Part shown: positions 8,740 through 16,837 of the stretch, one piece after another
How positions within the stretch are numbered: the first letter of the stretch is position 1
Layout: each line of letters starts with the position of its first letter
Source: a bacterium
GTDB lineage: Bacteria; Bdellovibrionota_B; Oligoflexia; Oligoflexales; RGVZ01
Assembly: GCA_010029825.1 (NCBI GenBank)
Contig: RGVZ01000002.1
Coordinates: forward strand, 1,174 to 65,173
DNA: 64,000 bases
Direction: 5' to 3'
Made by a program: the position numbers and the translations under genes
Notes under the pieces: model-generated
Told to the model about the DNA's origin: nothing
The model's input: the letters and a program-made list of their open reading frames with translations, nothing else
The model's database searches: none

Positions 8740-10512
8740 ATGGAATTGATGGACACAAAAATGCCCAACATCGGAACCGTTCATTGGGAAGATGAAGACA
8801 CGGGTTTCGACGGTGACGATAAGGGCCACAACCCCTTTGCGGACATGCTTGCCCAGGCTCCTGGCGGCGCTGAAATCCGCGAGGGCACTATCGTTAAAGG
8901 CCGGGTCGTTCGTCTGACCGACGACAGCGTTGTCGTTGATATCGGACACAAGTCTGAAGGCGAAATCCCCCGCCACGAATTCTTCACTGCCGACGGCGAA
9001 TTGCATGTCAAAGTCGGTGATACGATTGAAGTTTACCTGGATCGTTTTGAAGATGGCGACGGTGAGATGGTGCTCAGCCGCGAACGCGCAGAGATGCTGC
9101 GCGCGTGGGACCGCATCAGCGAAGCGTTTGAGAAGAACGAAATCGTCGAAGGTACGATCATGGCCCGCGTCAAAGGCGGCCTGTCGGTCGACATCGGCGT
9201 CAAGGCGTTCCTGCCGGGCTCGCAGGTTGACCTGCGTCCGGTCCGCAACCTCGACAAGCTCATCGGCAACAAGCTCCAGTTCAAGATCATCAAGTTCAAC
9301 AAGAAGCGCGGCAATATCGTGCTGAGCCGTCGCGTCCTCCTCGAGCAGGACCGCGAGAAGCTCCGCAGCCAGACCCTCGGCGCACTCAAGGAAGGCGCGA
9401 CCCTCAAAGGTATCGTCAAGAACATCACCGATTACGGTGCGTTCATCGACCTTGGCGGCATCGACGGCCTGCTGCACATCACCGACATGTCCTGGGGACG
9501 CATCAACCACCCGAGCGAACTGTTCGAAGTGGCCCAGGAAATCGAAGTCAAGGTGCTCAGCTACGACGAAGCACGCCAGCGTGTTTCCCTCGGATTCAAG
9601 CAACTCCAGAACGACCCGTGGCAGGCAATGGCCGGCAAGTACAACGTGGGCGAAAAGACCCGCGGCAAAGTTGTCAGCCTGACCGACTACGGCGCATTCA
9701 TCGAGCTGGCTGACGGCATCGAAGGCCTCATCCACATCAGCGAGATGTCGTGGAGCAAGCGCGTCCGCCATCCGTCGAAGATCGTCCAGATCGGAGACGA
9801 GGTTGAAGTGGTTGTGCTGGCAATCGACCTCGAAAACCGTCGCATCAGCCTCGGCATGAAGCAGATGGAACCGAACCCGTGGGAAATCGTTAAAGAGAAG
9901 TACCAGGTCGGCGACATCATCCGCGGCAAGATCCGCAACATCACCGACTTCGGTGTGTTCGTCGGTATCGAAGACGGCATCGATGGCCTGATCCACATCA
10001 GCGACATCAGCTGGAGCGAGCGCATCCGTCACCCGGGCGACAAGTTCAAGAAGGGTGATGAAGTCGAGGCGAAAATCCTCCAGATCGACGTCGAAGGCGA
10101 GAAGTTCTCCCTTGGCATCAAGCAACTCACGGACGATCCGTGGATCGCACTCGCCAAGTCCATGCCGGCAGGTTCACGCGGCAACGGCAAAGTCACCCGT
10201 CTGACCGACTACGGTGCTTTTGTTGAGCTGGCCCCGGGCATCGAAGGCATGATCCACATCAGCGAACTGGCCGACGAACAAGTGGCCAAGGTTGCCGACG
10301 TGGTGAAGGAAGGCGACGCAGTGGATTTCGTGGTCCTCGCGACCGACTCGGACGAGCGCAAGTTCTCCCTGTCGCGCAAGGCTTACCTGCGTAACCTCCA
10401 GGGCGATGACCTGCGCCATTACATCGGCGCTGTTGCAGAGCCGAAGACCAGCCTTGCTGACGCGTTCTCGCGCGCCAACGCGGCTGCCGGAACTGGCAAC
10501 GAAGGTCGCTAA
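8740..10512 (+). CDS. rpsA: 30S ribosomal protein S1
   Basis: 590-aa ORF with six S1/OB repeats. Examples are GTIVKGRVVRL, GTIMARVKGGLSVDIG, GIVKNITDYGAFIDLGG, GKVVSLTDYGAFIEL, GKIRNITDFGVFVGI and GKVTRLTDYGAFVEL. Confidence 0.95.
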   Translation: MELMDTKMPNIGTVHWEDEDTGFDGDDKGHNPFADMLAQAPGGAEIREGTIVKGRVVRLTDDSVVVDIGHKSEGEIPRHEFFTADGELHVKVGDTIEVYLDRFEDGDGEMVLSRERAEMLRAWDRISEAFEKNEIVEGTIMARVKGGLSVDIGVKAFLPGSQVDLRPVRNLDKLIGNKLQFKIIKFNKKRGNIVLSRRVLLEQDREKLRSQTLGALKEGATLKGIVKNITDYGAFIDLGGIDGLLHITDMSWGRINHPSELFEVAQEIEVKVLSYDEARQRVSLGFKQLQNDPWQAMAGKYNVGEKTRGKVVSLTDYGAFIELADGIEGLIHISEMSWSKRVRHPSKIVQIGDEVEVVVLAIDLENRRISLGMKQMEPNPWEIVKEKYQVGDIIRGKIRNITDFGVFVGIEDGIDGLIHISDISWSERIRHPGDKFKKGDEVEAKILQIDVEGEKFSLGIKQLTDDPWIALAKSMPAGSRGNGKVTRLTDYGAFVELAPGIEGMIHISELADEQVAKVADVVKEGDAVDFVVLATDSDERKFSLSRKAYLRNLQGDDLRHYIGAVAEPKTSLADAFSRANAAAGTGNEGR

Positions 10513-10542
10513 GGCGACATTCGCCAAGGTTGTTGAAAAAGA

Positions 10543-10578
10543 GGCCCGCCCCGTGCAATCCTGCCGGGGCGGGTTTTT
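10543..10578 (+). terminator. Rho-independent terminator after rpsA
   Basis: GC stem GGCCCGCCCCG (10543-10553) pairs with CCGGGGCGGG (10564-10573) and is followed by TTTTT (10574-10578). Confidence 0.8.
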
Positions 10579-10610
10579 CATTTCCGTGATTCCGTTTGGG
10601 GGGTGTCACC

Positions 10611-10988
10611 ATGGTTTTTGTAATCCGGGTTTTCCGGTTATGGTTAGGAATCCTCATCGCGCTCTATGCCGTTTATCTTGCGGTCAACAACACAGAGCGC
10701 ATGGTCATTCAGCTACCTCCGTTCATTTCTCACGTGAGTCTGCCTGTTTATGTCATTGGCGCGGCTTTCATCCTGGCCGGGTGCGGGATCGCGATCATTT
10801 TTCTGGGACTTGACCTCGTTAAGAAAAGCCTCACGATTCATCAGTTAAAAAAGAGACTGCGTCAGTACGAGCCAATGGAATCCTTTGACGTGCCGGCAAC
10901 CGGCACGGCGAGGGGCAAGTTCCAGGGCAAACCGGGCAAAGAATCAAGCGACTCAATCATGGACATACAAATGGAGAGGTTCAAATGA
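10611..10988 (+). CDS. LapA/DUF1049-like small inner-membrane protein
   Basis: It has two TM helices (LWLGILIALYAVYLAV; VYVIGAAFILAGCGIAIIFLGL) followed by a basic tail. ATG 10611 follows a G-rich SD-like sequence (the ORF opens at TTG 10596). Its stop overlaps the degP start (ATGA). Confidence 0.62.
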   Translation: MVFVIRVFRLWLGILIALYAVYLAVNNTERMVIQLPPFISHVSLPVYVIGAAFILAGCGIAIIFLGLDLVKKSLTIHQLKKRLRQYEPMESFDVPATGTARGKFQGKPGKESSDSIMDIQMERFK

Positions 10989-12511
10989 GGTTGAAAAAGG
11001 TTCTATCCTGCTTCATTCCGGCCTTGTTGTTGGTCGCGGCGACGGGGGGCACGTTACCCGCGTCCGCCTACACCATGAAAAAGACGGCGGGCGCGCATGC
11101 CGGCGACGAGAATTTGCAGGTCCTGCAAAAACTGTCGAAAGGTGTCGCTACCATCGCCCAGCGCGCGAACCAGGCGATCGTGTTTGTGTCGGTTTATAAA
11201 ACCGTCCAGGGCATGCCTTTTGACATGGTGGATCCGTTTGATTTCTTCTTCGGACCCAACGGACCTGGCGGGCAGGGATCCCCCCGCGGACGGGGTGGAC
11301 GCCCCGGGGGACGCGGCGAGCCCCCACAGAAGCGCGAAGGCGGTCTGGGGTCCGGTTTCTTCTTCGACCTGGACAAAGGCTACATCCTGACCAACAACCA
11401 CGTCGTCCAGGACGCCGACGAGATCCAGTTGAAGCTGGCCAACGGTGAAACGTACGAAGGCAAGATTGTCGGCCGCGACAAGAACACCGATGTCGCAGTG
11501 GTGCAGGTCAAGGACAAGAACTTCAACAAGAAGGGCCTCGGAGAACTTGATTTTGGTGACTCTGACGGCATGTCGGTGGGCGACTTTGTGGTCGCGCTCG
11601 GCGCGCCATACGGACTCGAGGCCAGCTTGTCGTTCGGCGTCGTTTCAGCTGTCGGTCGCGGCAACCTGGACATCACCAAACTCGGTAACTTCATCCAGAC
11701 AGACGCGGCGATCAACCCCGGTAACTCGGGCGGCCCCCTGCTGGACATGAGCGGGCATGTGATTGGCATCAACACGGCGATTTATTCGCGGACCGGAAGT
11801 TACAACGGCATCGGCTTTGCCGTTCCGGCGAATCTGGCGCGGCGCGTCGGCGAGCAACTGATCAATGAGGGACGGGTCCCGCGCGGCTACATGGGGGTCG
11901 CGTTGCAGCCGATCGATCCGGAACTCCACAAGGGCCTTGGTCTGCCCCGCGACGTGACGGGCAGCCTCGTGGCGCGCGTGGTCAATGGCGGGCCGGGTGA
12001 CAAAGGCGGACTTGAGGCTGGCGACGTCATCACGGCGGTGAACGGAAAAGCCGTAAAAGCGGACTCCGATGTTGTCAACGCGATCGGCTTGATGAAACCA
12101 GGGTCACGCGCGGACATGTCGATCCTGCGTCAGGGCAAGAAGAAAAACATTTCAATTGTCATTGAAGCCTGGCCAGAGGATCTCGATGAACAAGGCAATA
12201 TCGGCGACAGGGAAAGCCCCGAAAAGCCAGGTAAAACGACTCCGTTTGGCATGTCCGTGTCGAAGGTCTCGCCTGCTCTGCGCGAACGGTTCCGTTTTGA
12301 GAGCGACAATGGCGTGGTCGTGACAGATGTGAAGCCTGACTCGCCGGCGGCGCGCGCGGGACTGCAACCGGGAGACGTGATCCTGCAGGCCAACAACAAA
12401 CCGGTCAGGGATCCCGACGCGTTCGCGCAGATCGCGAAAGAACCATCCGCGCGAATGCTGCTCCGGATCGAGAGGGCTGGACAGTATTTCTTCGTGCCTC
12501 TGCGAAAGTAA
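10985..12511 (+). CDS. degP: Periplasmic serine endoprotease DegP/HtrA (Do family, two PDZ domains)
   Basis: 508-aa ORF with a signal peptide and the catalytic triad context TNNHVV, DVAVVQV and GNSGGPL. Two PDZ-like segments follow (GYMGVALQP..., GVVVTDVKPDSPAARAGLQPGDVIL). Confidence 0.93.
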   Translation: MRLKKVLSCFIPALLLVAATGGTLPASAYTMKKTAGAHAGDENLQVLQKLSKGVATIAQRANQAIVFVSVYKTVQGMPFDMVDPFDFFFGPNGPGGQGSPRGRGGRPGGRGEPPQKREGGLGSGFFFDLDKGYILTNNHVVQDADEIQLKLANGETYEGKIVGRDKNTDVAVVQVKDKNFNKKGLGELDFGDSDGMSVGDFVVALGAPYGLEASLSFGVVSAVGRGNLDITKLGNFIQTDAAINPGNSGGPLLDMSGHVIGINTAIYSRTGSYNGIGFAVPANLARRVGEQLINEGRVPRGYMGVALQPIDPELHKGLGLPRDVTGSLVARVVNGGPGDKGGLEAGDVITAVNGKAVKADSDVVNAIGLMKPGSRADMSILRQGKKKNISIVIEAWPEDLDEQGNIGDRESPEKPGKTTPFGMSVSKVSPALRERFRFESDNGVVVTDVKPDSPAARAGLQPGDVILQANNKPVRDPDAFAQIAKEPSARMLLRIERAGQYFFVPLRK

Positions 12512-12557
12512 TGAACCTGGGACGGGGACTGGCAGACTGAGGCCTGTCCGGCGCGGG

Positions 12558-13886
12558 CTACTTCGGTTGCTCGTGCTGGACGGCTGGCGCCTCGTCCTCG
12601 CCTTTTTTCGCGGCGTCGGCGGACTTCTTCGCGGCTTCGTCGGCTGCCCTCGCGGCTTCAGTGGCAGCAGCGCGCGCGGCCACCTCGGCCTCCGCAGCCG
12701 CTTTCTTTGCGGCGGACGCCGCGTCCAGTTGTTGCGCGAGTTTCTGGACATAGCCGTCTGCCTTCGTGAATCGACCCTGGCCGCGCTTCGCGGATTCCAC
12801 AAACCAGTCGTACGATTCCCGGGTCTTTCCCCAACGCAGGTAGGCAAGTCCGACATTGAAGGCGACGCGGGCCGAGGCCTCTTTCCCGGCAATGAAATGA
12901 AACGCTTCCTCGTACTTGGCGACAGCGGTTGAATACTGACCACTGTGCGCCAGGTTCACAGCCATCGTGTTCATCAACGACGCGAAGGTGTCCTTGATGT
13001 GCTGGCCCGTGGGCCTGTGCATCATCTCGGCCAAGGTATCCGCGACCCGCAGGCCGTGGCGCGCGCGCCGGTTCTCCTGATCGATCTTCAAGGCTTCCGA
13101 GAATCGTTCCTTCGCGTTCAATGGCTCCGTATTGTTCAATTCGACCTCACCCATCAGACTGATTCGCTCGACGTTCGAGGGCGAAAGTTTATCGGCGCGC
13201 CGCAAGAACTGAAGCGCCTCTTCGAACCGGCCCAACGTGTGCAAACAACGCCCAAGCTCGCTGATCGCAGGAACGCACCCGCGATCCTCATCCAGGATCG
13301 CCTTGAGCAGCAAGATCGCCTGCTCGATGTGCTCCGCCTCGCGCATCTTGCGTGCGGCGAGCAGCGCCACTGGTTGCGGGTTGGGGCTCTCGGCGACAAG
13401 GCCGCGGAGCGCGCGCAGGGCGCGGTCGGGATCGACTTTGACCGTCTCCATGATCTCGCCGATCCGTTCCGTGTTACGCGCGTACCAGGCGGCTTCGACG
13501 TGCAAGGCGACCGACTCACGCAGCAACGAGGCATGATTGAATGGCTTCTCGAGAAGTCGTGTGCAGGGGAACTCTTGTAAAAGGCGGAAATCGAGACGCT
13601 GGACGAGGCCCGACACAACGAGGACCGGAATCCCGAGCAGCCGGTCGACACCGCGGATGCGGTTGAAAAGAGCGAGGCCCGAAAGCACCGGTAATTTCCA
13701 GTCGAGGATCAGAAAATCGTAGTCGCCGCCAAGACACATCTCCCACCCGGCCTCGCCGTCGTACGCGGAGTCGACTTTTTGCGCGCCATTATCCAGCAAC
13801 AGACTGACGACCTGGGTGTTGAGCAACCGGTCATCGTCGATCACAAGGATCCGCTGCGGAAAGTCTCTGTCCCTCTTCGCGGCCAT
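12558..13886 (-). CDS. Response-regulator receiver domain protein with TPR repeats and an Ala/Lys/Glu-rich tail
   Basis: It has a REC domain (RILVIDDD...FLILDWKLPVLSG), several TPR-like repeats and the tail AAKKAAAEAEVAARAAATEAARAADEAAKK. ATG 13886 is preferred because GGAGGA lies 10 nt upstream. In-frame ATGs at 13904 and 14003 are also open. Confidence 0.8.
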   Translation of the reverse strand: MAAKRDRDFPQRILVIDDDRLLNTQVVSLLLDNGAQKVDSAYDGEAGWEMCLGGDYDFLILDWKLPVLSGLALFNRIRGVDRLLGIPVLVVSGLVQRLDFRLLQEFPCTRLLEKPFNHASLLRESVALHVEAAWYARNTERIGEIMETVKVDPDRALRALRGLVAESPNPQPVALLAARKMREAEHIEQAILLLKAILDEDRGCVPAISELGRCLHTLGRFEEALQFLRRADKLSPSNVERISLMGEVELNNTEPLNAKERFSEALKIDQENRRARHGLRVADTLAEMMHRPTGQHIKDTFASLMNTMAVNLAHSGQYSTAVAKYEEAFHFIAGKEASARVAFNVGLAYLRWGKTRESYDWFVESAKRGQGRFTKADGYVQKLAQQLDAASAAKKAAAEAEVAARAAATEAARAADEAAKKSADAAKKGEDEAPAVQHEQPK

Positions 13887-14029
13887 GCGCGCTCGTTCCT
13901 CCATGGGGTGGGTCGGAAAGTGCGTCGGAAAGTGGGCCGTCCGGTCCCCCCCTCCAAGCCACACGTGGGGTTCTTCGGGAGGCGTTGAAATGGCTTTAAT
14001 CAATTGCCAAAATATGCAATCCTTACGGG

Positions 14030-14761
14030 ATGATAGGTCATTTAACTCCCAGCGATATCGCGGCCGCGTCCTGGCATGTTGGCTTGCCCAGCGGAGACCC
14101 GCAGCGAAGGCTGTGGGGCGTCGACACAGGTGCCGCCGCCGAAGAAATTCTGTCCCGATCGCATCACGTCGTTCAGATTCATGGACGAACAGTGCTGGCG
14201 GCCGATGAAATCAGTGGCAAGACCGAGGCCGATGGAATTTTTACGACAATCCCGGATACGGTCGTCGCGGTGAAAACGGCCGACTGCCTGCCGCTGCTGT
14301 TCTCGGCAAAGGCCGGAAAACCTCTGGCTATGGCCATTCACGCGGGATGGCGCGGATTCTGTGCCGGCATTATCCAGGAAGGCGTGCGGCAAGCCACGTC
14401 CGCGGGCGCAAAGATGTCATCCATGCGTGTCACGATTGGACCAGCCATCTGCGCGCATCATTTCGAGATTGGCCCCGAAGTGGTCGCCGCGCTTGTCGCG
14501 CATTCCGGCGAAAACGCCGCGATGAACTTCCTCTCGAAAGGCAAAGGGGACCGGTGGCACGCTGACTTGCAGACCGCGGCCGTGATCGACTTGATTGGAC
14601 TTGGATTCAATCCAGCGGACATCGAGGTCATCCGCCTGTGTACGTTCGAGGCCAAATTGCCGAGTTATCGCCGAGACGGCAAAGGCTGCGGGCGACTGGT
14701 CAGTTGGGTCCGGTGCGTGGATCCTGTTGCCGACAAAAGCGCGAGAAGCCCCGCGACATAA
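14030..14761 (+). CDS. pgeF: Peptidoglycan editing factor PgeF / YfiH (DUF152, laccase-domain)
   Basis: 243-aa ORF with the motifs TADCLPLLF, HAGWRG and SYRRDG. Confidence 0.85.
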   Translation: MIGHLTPSDIAAASWHVGLPSGDPQRRLWGVDTGAAAEEILSRSHHVVQIHGRTVLAADEISGKTEADGIFTTIPDTVVAVKTADCLPLLFSAKAGKPLAMAIHAGWRGFCAGIIQEGVRQATSAGAKMSSMRVTIGPAICAHHFEIGPEVVAALVAHSGENAAMNFLSKGKGDRWHADLQTAAVIDLIGLGFNPADIEVIRLCTFEAKLPSYRRDGKGCGRLVSWVRCVDPVADKSARSPAT

Positions 14762-15207
14762 CCGGCTGGCCCAAAACCGGCGACAACCCCGGTGACTGCG
14801 GGAGCGCACATGGAAACGTGACGTTCGGGCCCGCGGGCGAAAATGTTGGACAGATGAACCTCGACGCAGGGAACGCCCAAGGCGCGGATGCGGTCCGCGA
14901 GCGCAAGAGACGTGTGGGTCCAGGCTCCCGGGTTGATCACGATCCCGTCCCACCCGGCGTCCAGCGCCTCGAGAAAGATTCCCTCATGGTTGGACTGGAA
15001 GAAATGCAAGTCAACATCCGGAAAATTCCCTGAGGACGCGATCCCGCGCCACAGGGACTCGATCTCATGGTTGATCTCGTCCAGCGTCCGGGTTCCATAA
15101 ACCTCGGCCTCGCGCGTGCCGAGCAAATCCATGTTGACGCCGTTGGCGACCAGGATCCGCAAGGCCCGCCCTGATGATTTCTTGTCCGGACTCGATTTCT
15201 TTGCCAC
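14665..15207 (-). CDS. aroQ: Type II 3-dehydroquinate dehydratase
   Basis: Motifs are ILVANGVNMDLLGTRE, FFQSNHEG, INPGAWTHTS and EVHLSNI. The start is GTG 15207 or TTG 15162. The 3' end overlaps the convergent pgeF by 97 nt. Confidence 0.9.
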   Translation of the reverse strand: MAKKSSPDKKSSGRALRILVANGVNMDLLGTREAEVYGTRTLDEINHEIESLWRGIASSGNFPDVDLHFFQSNHEGIFLEALDAGWDGIVINPGAWTHTSLALADRIRALGVPCVEVHLSNIFARGPERHVSMCAPAVTGVVAGFGPAGYVAGLLALLSATGSTHRTQLTSRPQPLPSRR

Positions 15208-15212
15208 GTCGG

Positions 15213-16232
15213 TCAGCCCCCGAGAGAGGTCAAAAGATCCTGGTAAAACTTGATCTGGGCCTCGATCACCTCCAGCGTCTCGACCCGGTCCGCGACAGCC
15301 AGGTCGACATCGCCATCGAGGTCTCGTTGCTTTCGGTCTTGCTCCTGCAATTCGGCGACTTTCCTGCGCAGCAACTCGTTTTGCGGCGCCATGCGCAGCA
15401 GCCGCCGGTAAATCGCGAGAGCCTTGCTGTAATGCCCCTGACGGGCATAGATGTCGGCCAGGGTGGTTGAATCAAGTTCAATTCCTGACCCCGGGATTCC
15501 CCGGGGACCGACGGGAGCCGCGGACTTGATGGCGCGCGGATCATCGGGGCTGAAAATATCCTTGAGGGGCACGGCGTGAAATCCGGCGATGGCATCCTCG
15601 TCCCTGACGTCGAGTTCGTCATCGGGAATGACCTTGATGGACGCGGAACGGGCCTCCTTGATGGAACTCTCGAGGGACTCGCGCGAGGGACGCCCCCCTG
15701 CCCCGCCGTGAGCGCCCGGTTCCAGGGTCCCGGGTTGCAGCTCGATGCCGGCATCGACCAGGTCCTTGAGGAGCCTCTGCCTTGCCGCGACAAAACCCTG
15801 CAATTCCATGACCTCGCCATAGCGACGGATCTCGCCGTCCAGCAGGCGATTGATCTTCAGGTGTTCATGGACCGCACGCGCGGATGACTCGTCCTGCAAG
15901 AGGACATGGATCTTGAACAGCAGTTTTTGCGCGAGGATGTTGTCACGAAGCGACGACGTCGAGTCCTCAAGAGCGCGCCGGGCCTCGGAGACCATGCCCT
16001 TCGCGAAAAGCTCGCGCGCCAGGACAACACGCGCGACGGTGAATGTCGGGTGCCGGTCGACACCCTGCAAAAGAACTTCTATCGCCTCGTTCTGGTGACC
16101 GTGAGCGCGCAGGATATCGGCCACAGGCAAAAATGCCCGTCCGTCGGGATCTGTCTCAAAGCGCTTGGCGACCTCACGCTCCGTGCGGCTGAGTTCAAGG
16201 CTGGCCAAGAGTTTTACAAGGACCGGCTGCAT
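15213..16232 (-). CDS. TPR-repeat protein (no signal peptide seen)
   Basis: 339-aa ORF with ATG 16232 and TPR-like repeats at both ends (HGHQNEAIEVLLQGVDRHP...; YARQGHYSKALAIYRRLLRMAPQN). It ends 6 nt before the aroQ start. Confidence 0.7.
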   Translation of the reverse strand: MQPVLVKLLASLELSRTEREVAKRFETDPDGRAFLPVADILRAHGHQNEAIEVLLQGVDRHPTFTVARVVLARELFAKGMVSEARRALEDSTSSLRDNILAQKLLFKIHVLLQDESSARAVHEHLKINRLLDGEIRRYGEVMELQGFVAARQRLLKDLVDAGIELQPGTLEPGAHGGAGGRPSRESLESSIKEARSASIKVIPDDELDVRDEDAIAGFHAVPLKDIFSPDDPRAIKSAAPVGPRGIPGSGIELDSTTLADIYARQGHYSKALAIYRRLLRMAPQNELLRRKVAELQEQDRKQRDLDGDVDLAVADRVETLEVIEAQIKFYQDLLTSLGG

Positions 16233-16340
16233 GGCGCTGAATGGTCTTCCCGGGAAAATTAACGTTATGTTTTTGACAAAATACCGCAGCGAGGCATCCA
16301 GCGCCAGCCGGGATCACGGCCCGGCCCGTTGCCGGTCAGC

Positions 16341-16823
16341 TCATTCCGGCTTGGACAAAGTGAACTTGACCTGGTCCGACCTTGCCGCCCCCGACTGCAG
16401 CTCAAGCGTGTATACGGAATCCGCGTCGACATTGCATTTCCCGTCCACAGTTACGGATGCCAACCCGCATGCGTCCGAACACCACTCAGATTCAGGAGTG
16501 ACGATCGAGTAATTGGAATTGTTTCCGACAAACAGGTGAAAACCGATTCCTGATCTTTCCACGTTGACCGAGGATCCATCAACGATCTTGCTGTCGGCCG
16601 TGATGAGCCAGCTGGCCTGCATCCGCAAGGCTTCGTTGCCTGTACACTGGTAAGTCACGCTGCCTGCCGATTTCGAGCCAATCTTGAAATCCGCGGCGGC
16701 CAAGGTCGTATTCGCGCAGCTCAACCGGCAGTATCCCTGGTTCTGGTCCTCCGGCGCGGCGCAGCTCGCGATGGCAAGGCAGGCAAAACCAATGATTGTG
16801 ATCGCGCGCATTTTCCGCCTCAT
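16341..16823 (-). CDS. Small Cys-containing lipoprotein immediately downstream of pilQ
   Basis: 160-aa ORF starting 15 nt after the pilQ stop. It has a signal peptide with lipobox (LAIASC) and six further Cys in the mature part. No family is recognised. Confidence 0.65.
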   Translation of the reverse strand: MRRKMRAITIIGFACLAIASCAAPEDQNQGYCRLSCANTTLAAADFKIGSKSAGSVTYQCTGNEALRMQASWLITADSKIVDGSSVNVERSGIGFHLFVGNNSNYSIVTPESEWCSDACGLASVTVDGKCNVDADSVYTLELQSGAARSDQVKFTLSKPE

Positions 16824-16837
16824 CCCGTTACAAGTGT

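Noticed and set aside
8731-10125. 464-aa ORF antisense to rpsA
   Set aside because: It lies entirely inside the strongly supported S1 gene on the opposite strand. Its translation is low-information Asp/Ala/Leu/Val-rich with no motif, start context or signal. This is a typical GC-rich shadow ORF.
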